Below are positions 18,398-26,882 of a DNA stretch of 64,000 nt, one piece after another (within the stretch, counting starts at the first letter, position 1; every line of letters begins with the position of its first letter). Origin of the DNA: a virus (lineage: Duplodnaviria > Caudoviricetes); the IMG/VR virus record IMGVR_UViG_3300038524_000024, positions 32,001 to 96,000 of that record; one strand, given 5' to 3'. A program made the translations under genes and the position numbers. The notes below the pieces were generated by a model that was not told where the DNA came from, searched no databases, and saw only the letters and a program-made list of their open reading frames with translations.

Positions 18398-19641
18398 GTA
18401 ACCTCCGATAATTCTTTATATGCTGGCATCTCTATTCTTGTTATTATTTTTACGGTTTCAATAACTTGCATATTCATAATAACAAAGAATTCAGCAATTT
18501 CAGCGTATTGGATATCTACCAGAATGTGTCCATCTAATTGTATAGCGGACGTATTTATAATAACAACTTCTCCTTCGTGTGTTACATGAGTAACATCTCC
18601 AGATACTTCAAAACTAGATGCACAAGCAATATCGGACAATCCATTATGGATAGCATGTAATATACTTCCAATCACATTTAGTTCTGAAATTATAATAGTA
18701 TTTGATTCGCCTTCTAGTTCGCTAGCACTTAATCCACTGACACCTAGTAATGATGTTATTGTAATATTGGTTGAACCATCAATAACCATATGGTCAACAC
18801 TACCAATAACCTCTAATGTGGAGTTAGATATAATACTAGAAATTCCTTCTCGTATGCTAAAAATGCTAGCTTCAATCAGCATTGTAGAATCATTAACAAT
18901 AGTTACTGAACCCTCATGTACAGGGTGGACAATCGTAGCAGATATTACTAGCGTAGAATTTTGCTCAACACCAGCAACGCCTTCAAGTAAACTACCTACT
19001 TCGGGGAAAGCCAACAGATTAGATGTAACATCAATAGTAGTAGCGCCCTCGTGAATGGGATGTAAGACAGTCGCAGATACTTCTAATGTAGAAGTTCCTG
19101 AAACAATCGAAGCGCCCTCCTGCGTTCCCGCTTTCCAAGACGATGCTAAAAGTTCTGATGTGACATTAATTGTAGCTAAACCTTCATGAGTAGCATGTGT
19201 GACACTTCCCACCAAATCCATAGTGGATTGAGTGGTAATATCATTTGAGCCTTCCAAAATTGCATGTGTGATTGTATCTTCTGTCAATAACTGAGAAGTT
19301 ACAACAATTGCGGTTGCTCCTTCCAAAGTTTGATGTAATACTGTATCAACAGCGACTAAACTAGAAGTCGTATCAATCGCAGCACTAGCCTCAATGGTTT
19401 CGGCGCTTACTCCAACAGCTAATAATTCACTTGTGATGACAATAGCTGTTTCCCCTTCGAATACCGCATGAGTAACCGTTCCAACTAAGTCAGTATAGAG
19501 TTCACCAGATGTATTTAATGAGGAAGTGCCGCTAATTGAGGCACTTCCTTCATGGTAAACTCCAGTAACAGGGAAATAGTTGAGTGCCCAATAGTATTGT
19601 CCAAAATAACTATCTGATAAAATATAGGTTTCTTTCGCCAT
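18394..19641 (-). CDS. Repeat-rich putative virion structural protein
   Basis: Many (H)EGxxxIxxxSxL repeats; located in the tail module. Confidence 0.6.
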   Translation of the reverse strand: MAKETYILSDSYFGQYYWALNYFPVTGVYHEGSASISGTSSLNTSGELYTDLVGTVTHAVFEGETAIVITSELLAVGVSAETIEASAAIDTTSSLVAVDTVLHQTLEGATAIVVTSQLLTEDTITHAILEGSNDITTQSTMDLVGSVTHATHEGLATINVTSELLASSWKAGTQEGASIVSGTSTLEVSATVLHPIHEGATTIDVTSNLLAFPEVGSLLEGVAGVEQNSTLVISATIVHPVHEGSVTIVNDSTMLIEASIFSIREGISSIISNSTLEVIGSVDHMVIDGSTNITITSLLGVSGLSASELEGESNTIIISELNVIGSILHAIHNGLSDIACASSFEVSGDVTHVTHEGEVVIINTSAIQLDGHILVDIQYAEIAEFFVIMNMQVIETVKIITRIEMPAYKELSEVT

Positions 19642-19662
19642 AGACACTCCTTTCTAACAGGT

Positions 19663-20367
19663 TTATACTGTTAAGGTTATTTTTGACCTGTTTCCATTTG
19701 TATCTACTGCTGCCACAATTACATTTGATGTATCGTCAACACCACGGAAAGTTATAGTTGAAGTTTCTGCTCCGGACACTTTTCCAGCTAATGCTGATGC
19801 GAGTATTTTAAGAATTTGGCGCATGGTGTAAGTACCAACAACAAGTTCATCTAAAATAGAATCTACTGCTTCGGATGTTAATTTTACCCCGTCCGTGCCA
19901 GTGTCGGCGAGGATGTCCGTGACCGCCTTGCTGAATGAGCCAGCGGAAGTGTGTCCGCTTGTGGCTTCATCCAGAACAGCATCAGCAATGCCAGCCGCAG
20001 TAACGCCAGCCAACTCGTACCAGCGCGTAGTCCAGTCAGGCGTTGAAGTGTCGCCAGCCAAGCCGTCAACGTAAACCGTCAGCACGTCCCCATTCCTGAC
20101 CGTAATCCAGCCGGATTGCCCTGAGATTGCGGTCAAGCCCGAAGCCGCCGCCATCGTGGTTTGTGGCAGGATGCGGTAAGCCGAGCCAGAGCCGCCGATT
20201 TGCCGAGTAACGTACATAACGTAATCGCCGTTGCCAGCCACCGCGTCTATTGATACATCGCACATGACGAGCTTATCGCCTGTTGACGTGTAAGCCCCGA
20301 CTGCGGTTGCCGCGCTGATGTCTACATTCGTTCCTGTATCCGTTTCTAAGTGCGTAAATACTGCCAT
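19663..20367 (-). CDS. Putative tail-associated protein, compositionally chimeric
   Basis: ADAVLDE..GH...GSF repeat; C-terminal T.RQ.L...ASALAGKVSG..D.NGNR; 5' part GC-rich, 3' part AT-rich. Confidence 0.65.
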   Translation of the reverse strand: MAVFTHLETDTGTNVDISAATAVGAYTSTGDKLVMCDVSIDAVAGNGDYVMYVTRQIGGSGSAYRILPQTTMAAASGLTAISGQSGWITVRNGDVLTVYVDGLAGDTSTPDWTTRWYELAGVTAAGIADAVLDEATSGHTSAGSFSKAVTDILADTGTDGVKLTSEAVDSILDELVVGTYTMRQILKILASALAGKVSGAETSTITFRGVDDTSNVIVAAVDTNGNRSKITLTV

Positions 20368-20379
20368 ATAAGCCTCCGA

Positions 20380-20655
20380 TTAGCCGCAACGTGATAAGAG
20401 TTGCGCGATGAATGCCGCCGATTGAAGTTCCGCGTTTGCCGAGCCCCACAGGTTGTAGATTGCCTCCGCCTGTTCCGCGTTCACGCCCAAATAACCTGAT
20501 AACGCGGTGAAGTCCGAGCCGAGTGCCACTTGGTCAAGCACGAGCTTGAGATTGTTCCAGTCATCCTTGACCCGTCGAAGCGAGTCAATCGCCGAGCGTG
20601 CCTGTGACGAAATGCGGCTTGCTGATGTTGAGATGTCGATGTATGCTGATGCCAT
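20380..20655 (-). CDS. Hypothetical protein
   Basis: 91 aa ORF with GGAGG RBS in the GC-rich segment. Confidence 0.7.
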   Translation of the reverse strand: MASAYIDISTSASRISSQARSAIDSLRRVKDDWNNLKLVLDQVALGSDFTALSGYLGVNAEQAEAIYNLWGSANAELQSAAFIAQLLSRCG

Positions 20656-20678
20656 AATAGTTCCTCCGATTAGATTGA

Positions 20679-21383
20679 TTAAAGTGCCGCTATTGCGGTG
20701 TGTAAGTTCCCCATTTGTGTATCAGTCAAGCCTGTGCTATAAAAGGCAATGGCGTAGATGTAGCCGCCAAAATATCTGCTTGGTGCGGCATAACGATTGC
20801 CAATAACAAGCCCATCTGAGTTTATTGCGGCAGTCTTAGCTATGTTTCCGACATCCGTGCCGTTAAAATAGGTATCAACTCGTGTCCCTGCGACCAAATT
20901 CATACCTACGGTGTGGTCTACTTTTATGTTGCCGCCAAAGTAGTTAGATAATAGCGTTCCGTCCCAGTCATAGTTTATGCTATTGCCTACATAGTTGGAG
21001 TTGATTTGGATTAGTGCAGTATAGGCATGGTTAAGGTTAAAGTAGTTTCCATAATCCCCTCCGCCCGCACCAGCCGCTTTTGCAAATACAATTACAGCAC
21101 CGATATTGCCAGTGTACGGCACAAGCAGTTGCGCGTCACCCGAAAAGTCCCATCCAGTTTCGCTTGCCCAACTTGGCGATGTGCCTTCTGCTGCGTTGTT
21201 GCCATTTCCCGACAAATCCACCAGCGAAGCCGCATAACTCGCCGCCCCCTTCGGTTGGTACGCTGCCACGCAACTGGTTATCGTGCCGCTCAAATCCCAC
21301 CAGCCGCCGCCAGCAACCGCCGCCTGACTTGACGGTTGGAATGTAGGCGAGAACGTGCGCCCGAATACTGAACCGAATGTCAT
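20679..21383 (-). CDS. Putative LamG/concanavalin-like virion receptor-binding protein
   Basis: MTFGSVFGRTF..AAYQPKGAASYAASL.DL.GNGN, C-terminal L.IG.R....FGG.I.A.AFYS..L; AGGAGG RBS and ATG 21383. Confidence 0.6.
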   Translation of the reverse strand: MTFGSVFGRTFSPTFQPSSQAAVAGGGWWDLSGTITSCVAAYQPKGAASYAASLVDLSGNGNNAAEGTSPSWASETGWDFSGDAQLLVPYTGNIGAVIVFAKAAGAGGGDYGNYFNLNHAYTALIQINSNYVGNSINYDWDGTLLSNYFGGNIKVDHTVGMNLVAGTRVDTYFNGTDVGNIAKTAAINSDGLVIGNRYAAPSRYFGGYIYAIAFYSTGLTDTQMGNLHTAIAAL

Positions 21384-21526
21384 GCTTGCCTCCTGTACGA
21401 AACGATGCGATACACGAACCTCTTCGCGTCCTTGTACCTGCTCTTGAAACTGCCAACGTGCCCATCCCACGGGTCAATCATCACGTAATCCTCATCCGCC
21501 AGCTTGCCGATAGAATAATTACTCAT
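21380..21526 (-). pseudogene. 48 aa chimeric ORF: native start fused to a C39-peptidase-like C-terminal remnant
   Basis: GAGGTG RBS, then MSNYSIGKLADEDYVMIDPWDGHVGSFKSRYKDAKRFVYRIVSYRRQA; GC content shifts after the first few codons. Confidence 0.5.
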
Positions 21527-21596
21527 ATTTCACCTCTACTTTACCATATAAAAGTTTCATTTTAAGACTGAGCACAATCGCTTGCGCCCCACTCTT

Positions 21597-21622
21597 AAAA
21601 CGGGGTGGTTTTACCCACCCCA
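21597..21622 (-). terminator. Intrinsic terminator
   Basis: GGGGTGG/CCACCCC stem followed by GTTTT on the - strand. Confidence 0.65.
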
Positions 21623-21639
21623 TTTCTAGTTGTTTATTA

Positions 21640-22338
21640 CTAAGACTCTTTTTCTCTTAGACACCTGCGTTTTGCAGATTCTCTCATTTTAGCTTTTGTC
21701 TCATCTGAATGTTTACAGCCTAGGCTATTTGTATTTCCGATTCTAGATTTAGACATCTTCTCTTTTGATTCCTCTGAATGTTTGTATCCTAGTGTGCGAG
21801 TATTTCCAAGTAAAGCATTACTCATTTTGGTTCTTGCTTCATCAGATGGGGTATGTCCTAAAGCATATTTATTCCCAACTAGAGACTCGGATATTTTTGC
21901 TTTATGGTCATCAGAAAGTTTTCTTCCCAATGTATTTTTGTTTCCTATGCCGTTTTTGTTTCCTAATGCGGCTTTACTCATTTTTTCCTTTGTCTCATCG
22001 GAATGCTTTAAGCCTTTCCTTGATATAAAAGCGTCTGTCGCTATATTATATTCGGGTTTAAGCCCATCTAGGCACGATTGCTCATATATGAACGTATTGT
22101 CAGCATCACAAAATAATAGTACGCCAAATTCAAAATTGTCTTCGCCATATTTATTCCATGCGTTTTGCAAGTGTGCGTTATCATGTTTGTTTTTTCGTAA
22201 ATCAATTAAGTGACGACCCCATCTTGTCCAAATATTAATAGAGCTTCCAATATATTTATGCCCGTTTAAATTGTTTACAATTTGGTAAACTCCCGGAATA
22301 GTGAGGGACTCTTTTCCAAAGTTTTTTGCAATGTTCAC
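21640..22338 (-). CDS. GIY-YIG homing endonuclease with NUMOD3 repeats
   Basis: GVYQI..YIGSS..R..H..L...H.N..LQNAW.KYG..E..PEYN; HS.ETK.KMS repeats. Confidence 0.92.
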   Translation of the reverse strand: MNIAKNFGKESLTIPGVYQIVNNLNGHKYIGSSINIWTRWGRHLIDLRKNKHDNAHLQNAWNKYGEDNFEFGVLLFCDADNTFIYEQSCLDGLKPEYNIATDAFISRKGLKHSDETKEKMSKAALGNKNGIGNKNTLGRKLSDDHKAKISESLVGNKYALGHTPSDEARTKMSNALLGNTRTLGYKHSEESKEKMSKSRIGNTNSLGCKHSDETKAKMRESAKRRCLREKES

Positions 22339-22414
22339 AGAACCTCACTTTCTTTTAGGTAGAATAGAAATGCTTTTGACACTTCTATTCTACCAATAAA
22401 TTATGTTTAATATC

Positions 22415-23218
22415 CTAAGATAAGGTGATATCTATAGCCCCGCTGGAAAACCTGAAGGTATCTCCGGAGTACACTGTTTTACTGGCAGTTAGCGTCTTAA
22501 AAAAGTACATATCTCCGGCGGCGTTGGCTGACCTTATCGACATGCCTACCACTGTTCCCCAATTTGCGCTAGCAACAGGGAATGTTTCAGTTGCGGTATT
22601 AGCAGTAAAACCGCCAGTCGCATTAGGGGCATCCCATTTTGCAGCGCCATGGCAAGTCACACGTGCGTATGAACCACCTGACACTTCAACACCACCAACA
22701 TCGGCAGCGTTTGGCATTGTAGTATACAATGTTAGCCATGCAGCAGTCGGTTGGGTGAAAGTAGCTCCATCGAGAATATGGTCAAGCATTTCATTGGCAA
22801 GGAATGTAGAAATATCCCCACCTAACGAAATATCCAGTGCTCCCGCGGCAATTGACAGAGTATCCCCTGTATCAACCTGCAAAGATGAACTGAATGAACC
22901 ATAGAACAAGAGGTTGCCACCTGTTGGGGCATCAAAAATACCAACACTAGTAATCAATCCCCAAACGCCAGTAGCTGTCGGAAATGTGATAGTAGCAGTA
23001 TTAGAGGTTGCGCCAGCAGAAGCTGCGTCAAAAGCACCCGTTAGTTGTTTACGTGCATAGGCGTTGGCTGAAGCTACTTCTGTGCCACCGCCCGCATCAG
23101 AGGGGGTAGCAGTAAATAAAGCAAGATAAACACTTGCTGGTGAAGCAAACGTTCCACTTCGTAGAACGTAGTCAATAAATTTTCCTTCAAGATAGTCGGA
23201 CATAATATTAACACTCAT
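22415..23218 (-). CDS. Phage tail protein with two tandem copies of one domain
   Basis: Two repeats of L.L.T..P....G.EV....YAR....N.....FP.A...WG.....I..A...G. Confidence 0.75.
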   Translation of the reverse strand: MSVNIMSDYLEGKFIDYVLRSGTFASPASVYLALFTATPSDAGGGTEVASANAYARKQLTGAFDAASAGATSNTATITFPTATGVWGLITSVGIFDAPTGGNLLFYGSFSSSLQVDTGDTLSIAAGALDISLGGDISTFLANEMLDHILDGATFTQPTAAWLTLYTTMPNAADVGGVEVSGGSYARVTCHGAAKWDAPNATGGFTANTATETFPVASANWGTVVGMSIRSANAAGDMYFFKTLTASKTVYSGDTFRFSSGAIDITLS

Positions 23219-23898
23219 TATAACTCCATTTCTTTTTGACTTTCATCAAAAATTTGTAATTTTTTTAATTTGTTTTTTCTTCCTCGTTCAACAGAAGCCA
23301 AACCTATTTTTGTTTTTGCTTCTTCCGTATGCTTTCTTCCAGTTGCAGCTTTACGAAATTTTTCTGTTGTTTCTTCAGAAAAAGGATTTTTAATCCCTTT
23401 GTTCCAAGGAACATTGCCTTTTTTAAAAGTGCCAACCGGATGTTTCCCTTTATTGCCCTCTGATATTTTTCGCTTATGCTCTTCAGACAAAGCTATACCA
23501 ACATGGAATTGTCTCAAAAACTCTTTTTGCTCATCAGACATTTTGTGTTTACTATTGGTTTCACCAATTTTCCTTTTGTGCTCGTCTGATAATTTCATTC
23601 CTTTATTTGGGCATAGAGCATCTATGGCAATATTATACTCTGGTTTATAATAATCTAAATAAATCTGTTCATAAAGTGTTGTATTTTCTCTATCACATAT
23701 TAAAAGTATTGAGAAGCTAAACGATTCTTCTCCATACTTTTCCCATGCTCTTTGAAACGCAACATTATGACTTTTATGTAAATTTAGATACCACCTATGT
23801 GTAATCCATCTTTCGTGTATATCAACAGAGCTACCAATATAAGAATGCCCGTTTACTTTATTTGTAATTTTATAAACGCCAGATATAATGTCTCTCAT
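23218..23898 (-). CDS. GIY-YIG homing endonuclease with NUMOD3 repeats
   Basis: GVYKI..YIGSS, PEYNI, SDEHKRKI repeats, PWNKG. Confidence 0.92.
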   Translation of the reverse strand: MRDIISGVYKITNKVNGHSYIGSSVDIHERWITHRWYLNLHKSHNVAFQRAWEKYGEESFSFSILLICDRENTTLYEQIYLDYYKPEYNIAIDALCPNKGMKLSDEHKRKIGETNSKHKMSDEQKEFLRQFHVGIALSEEHKRKISEGNKGKHPVGTFKKGNVPWNKGIKNPFSEETTEKFRKAATGRKHTEEAKTKIGLASVERGRKNKLKKLQIFDESQKEMEL

Positions 23899-23990
23899 AT
23901 TACCTCCTACAGTAACATCCTAATTTAAGTAGTGAGCGAAAGGCGTTTAGGATTACGCTCTTCGGGCTCGAGACCCTATTCGCTCACTTA
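23899..23990 (-). ncRNA. Putative structured 5' leader (three-way junction plus pseudoknot), copy 1
   Basis: AGUGAGCGAA-UA-GGG..CCC-GAAGA-GCGU(AAUCCUAA)ACGC-CU-UUCGCUCACU; loop complementary to downstream UUAGGAU and to the SD. Confidence 0.65.
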
Positions 23991-23992
23991 TC

Positions 23993-24151
23993 TTATTTTT
24001 TATTTTGTGTTTTTATTTTGTTTAGCATTCGACGGTCAACCGGAATGCCCAGAGCAGTGAGCCGCGCGAACGTAGCTCCGGTAGAGATTGCGCGTTGCCA
24101 GTCCATGCGCTTCTGGTATGAGCTTACGTCAATGCCAAAGGGGTAGGTCAT
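23993..24151 (-). pseudogene. Truncated GH25 lysin N-terminus
   Basis: MTYPFGIDVSSYQKRMDWQRAISTGATFA, then similarity is lost and the frame stops. Confidence 0.7.
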
Positions 24152-24192
24152 GCTTGCTCCTGCCATTGGCTTAGGTCGAGGATAGTGGTCAT
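24148..24192 (-). pseudogene. 14 aa remnant of a second GH25-like start
   Basis: MTTILDLSQWQEQA, ATGA-coupled at both ends; resembles the GH25 xDxSxWQ motif. Confidence 0.4.
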
Positions 24193-24530
24193 GCTTCGTC
24201 CGGCATGTCTGACCAGATTTCGTCACGCATCGCAATCAGCATCCGCGCCATTAACTTGAGCACGGTTTTCGCGCTGGCGATGTTGGTGACGTTGGCTTCG
24301 ATGTAATTCACCGCCTCTGCTGGCGTGATTGTTTTGAGCGCGGTTGCCTTCGCCGCTTCGTCTTTCGCCAGCCTGCGCCTTAGTCGTGCAGGATAGACAA
24401 TCTGCTCGTAAATCTCCCATTCTTCAGGTGTGAGCGTGCGGCTAAACTCGGCGTGATAGTTGCCAAGTCTTGTTTCAACAAGTGATGTTATCGGTATTCC
24501 TGCGTTTTGAAGTAGTGTTAGTTTATCCAT
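24189..24530 (-). CDS. Hypothetical protein, possible tail fibre assembly chaperone
   Basis: 113 aa, immediately downstream of the tail fibre gene. Confidence 0.6.
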   Translation of the reverse strand: MDKLTLLQNAGIPITSLVETRLGNYHAEFSRTLTPEEWEIYEQIVYPARLRRRLAKDEAAKATALKTITPAEAVNYIEANVTNIASAKTVLKLMARMLIAMRDEIWSDMPDEA

Positions 24531-24531
24531 G

Positions 24532-26328
24532 TTATGCCGCCTCGTATGTGAATGTGAAAGAGACAGATCTGTCTACGTTGTTCTGCTCTGCGCCAGTCAG
24601 GAAGTCCCAATCAAGTTCTGTAATTACGAATTTAGACGCACTGGCAACTAAATATATTCCGCCCATTGACCAAGTGGAACCGTTATTATAGCCAGCCGAG
24701 CCGGCATGCACATCATCATTATTCTTGGGCGGAACTGGTAAGGTTATTAATATCGGCTCCGCTCCTGCCCCAGCAGTTCCACCTTCGACGTTCCCCCACT
24801 GCCCTGTGACAGTGACAAGTTTACCAACTTGACAATAGCGGTTGATAAAGCAGCGGGTGTACGTTGGCGCCGTGCCGCCTGATACTGATAGCGTTGGCGT
24901 GTAGTTGAACCACTGGGGAAAGCCAACGGGCGATGTCTGATGACTGTAGAATGGCTGCGTCCACGTCTCATTAGCAAGCACGTGGTCGGTGTTCACGGCA
25001 ACAGTCAGCACGGTGTCGGCGATGCTGACAACCGTGCCGTATCGCTGCGTTGAGCCGGTATTGGTTATCCATTTTAGCCGGTCACCTACCGAGTAGACCG
25101 CTGCCGCGCCGCTCGAAACGTTGATGGTAGAGGCTGTTTTCCAAGAGAACGTGCCGGTAACAGGTATCCATCCGTTCTGATAAGAAACGGGCATGAAATA
25201 GGTGGAGTCTAAGTTGTCAAGTTTGTCAGAATCAGCCGCTTTTCCGGTTGCTGCCAAATAATAGCTTGCTGATTGACCGTTCAGTTTATCACTATCCACT
25301 GCTTGTGCGGCAACACCAAGATAGGTTGAGTCATGATTATGCGTAGACGTTGCAAAATAGTCGGTATTAAACCCATCAAATAAAATGCTATCCACTGCTT
25401 TTGCGGCAACACCAAGATAGGTTGAGTCATGATTATGCGTAGACGTTGCAAATGCTAAACTATCGAGTCCATCCAACAAATCGCTATCAACAGCCTTACT
25501 TGTCGCAGGTAAATAATAAGATGGTAAATTGCCACCTAATTTTTCAGAATCGGGTGCGTAACTTGCCCATGACAATATTCCATCGCTAGCCCTAAAAACA
25601 AAATTTCCGGTAGCTAAAGGATTTGGAGTCGTTATACCAGAAACTCTACCATATGCGTCGATTGTTACACCGATATATGTGCCGGGCGTCAAACTCATTG
25701 TTGGCAGTATAAGATTATGACTACCATCAACGCCTAACATAGAACCTATATTAATGCCCTCACTAGCAATTTTACCATTATATAATGAAACTCCAGACTC
25801 ATCAATAGTTTTATCATTGCTTACCATCAATAAATTACCGGCAGTGCTGTCACTAACAACGACCTGATTTGAAGTAACACCGCCCATCATAATCCATACT
25901 CCATTTTGATATTCAAAAGTATAAATTTTATTTGCGATTAAATCACCAACAGTTAAATTAGTTGCCACGCCAAGAGGAGATAACTTTTGCAATGTTTTAT
26001 TTCCACCAGAGTTTATATTCAATACGGCAGAATTTGTGTTAGATATATCCACGGAAAGTTGAATCTGTATTCCATTTGCCAACGTGCCTATATCGGAGCT
26101 TGTAGCTACATAGTTATTTTCCGTTGAGAAAGAACCATATATTCTAAAAAGCGTTCTAGCTAACTCCAAATCATCAATGCGAGAATCTGTTGATATGGCA
26201 TATGCATCAATTTTGCTAAAAGCAGAAGAAACCGCATTTTTATTTATTGTATCTCTCCAAGTTTTTACGGTAGGGTCATCAAAGTCATCATATACGTCTA
26301 GTTCCAACCTTGTTGTAATTGCACTCAT
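24532..26328 (-). CDS. Tail fibre / receptor-binding protein
   Basis: A.DSD.LDG..S repeats, H.HD..Y motifs, VTIDAYGRV, C-terminal gp37-like RY..VGKLV.V...ITLP domain. Confidence 0.85.
   Translation of the reverse strand: MSAITTRLELDVYDDFDDPTVKTWRDTINKNAVSSAFSKIDAYAISTDSRIDDLELARTLFRIYGSFSTENNYVATSSDIGTLANGIQIQLSVDISNTNSAVLNINSGGNKTLQKLSPLGVATNLTVGDLIANKIYTFEYQNGVWIMMGGVTSNQVVVSDSTAGNLLMVSNDKTIDESGVSLYNGKIASEGINIGSMLGVDGSHNLILPTMSLTPGTYIGVTIDAYGRVSGITTPNPLATGNFVFRASDGILSWASYAPDSEKLGGNLPSYYLPATSKAVDSDLLDGLDSLAFATSTHNHDSTYLGVAAKAVDSILFDGFNTDYFATSTHNHDSTYLGVAAQAVDSDKLNGQSASYYLAATGKAADSDKLDNLDSTYFMPVSYQNGWIPVTGTFSWKTASTINVSSGAAAVYSVGDRLKWITNTGSTQRYGTVVSIADTVLTVAVNTDHVLANETWTQPFYSHQTSPVGFPQWFNYTPTLSVSGGTAPTYTRCFINRYCQVGKLVTVTGQWGNVEGGTAGAGAEPILITLPVPPKNNDDVHAGSAGYNNGSTWSMGGIYLVASASKFVITELDWDFLTGAEQNNVDRSVSFTFTYEAA
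25292..25452. repeat. 65 bp direct repeat (96 bp period) in the tail fibre
   Basis: 25292-25356 and 25388-25452 differ at one base; encodes FATSTHNHDSTYLGVAA(K/Q)AVDS. Confidence 0.9.
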
Positions 26329-26870
26329 AAGTATTCCTCACTTTCTTTAAAGTCCAAATCGCTTAATAATTTTGTATTCCAATAAGAGATTGGAAATGGT
26401 ATTGGAACGGTACTATCATCATAATCCCAAGTTGATAAAACCCTCCAAAATCCAGCAGTAGCTTCCGCCCAAATACTAATAGTTCCGATTTTGCTAATAA
26501 AATTCGCCAATAGTTGTTCATAAAATTGAGCAAAGATACTTGGTGGTAATACTCCCATTGATAAGGACAATGCTTCTTGAGAGGTCAAAGTTGCTATTAT
26601 CTGAAAATTTTCCGCTAAAGGAAAAGGTAAATCAGAAAATTGCTCTAAAATGCCAGACATGGTTTCATCTATATAAAAAGCAAATCCCAATGGCACTGTA
26701 CTTCTAAGCATCTCGTCTATTGTACGAACTAAAGTGTCGTCTACATCATATGTAAAGGGTATAGATATTCTAGCAAAAGCGCTGTCAACCTTTGGAAATC
26801 CATCAATCAAAACATCAAAATTTTTTATAAGCGAAAGGATAACATCAAAATTTTTTTTAGATGTATCCAT
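26325..26870 (-). CDS. Hypothetical tail-region protein
   Basis: 181 aa ORF coupled to its neighbours. Confidence 0.6.
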   Translation of the reverse strand: MDTSKKNFDVILSLIKNFDVLIDGFPKVDSAFARISIPFTYDVDDTLVRTIDEMLRSTVPLGFAFYIDETMSGILEQFSDLPFPLAENFQIIATLTSQEALSLSMGVLPPSIFAQFYEQLLANFISKIGTISIWAEATAGFWRVLSTWDYDDSTVPIPFPISYWNTKLLSDLDFKESEEYL

Positions 26871-26882
26871 ATTATAACTCCA

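Larger units (their letters stand above)
19890..21510. other. GC-rich acquired segment 1
   Basis: Visibly higher GC and GC-ending codons than flanks; boundaries approximate. Confidence 0.7.
24028..25200. other. GC-rich acquired segment 2
   Basis: Covers the tail fibre 3' end, the downstream small gene and lysin remnants; boundaries approximate. Confidence 0.7.

Noticed and set aside
15051-21566. ATAAAA-N6-TTT(T/C)A palindromes near 15055 and 21548 as recombinase or repressor sites
   Set aside because: Only two or three degenerate copies in a very AT-rich sequence; not distinguishable from chance without a genome-wide count
20679-26328. Diversity-generating retroelement acting on the fibre genes
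   Set aside because: No reverse transcriptase in the window and no repeat pair differing specifically at adenines; the 65 bp repeat is an in-frame tandem duplication
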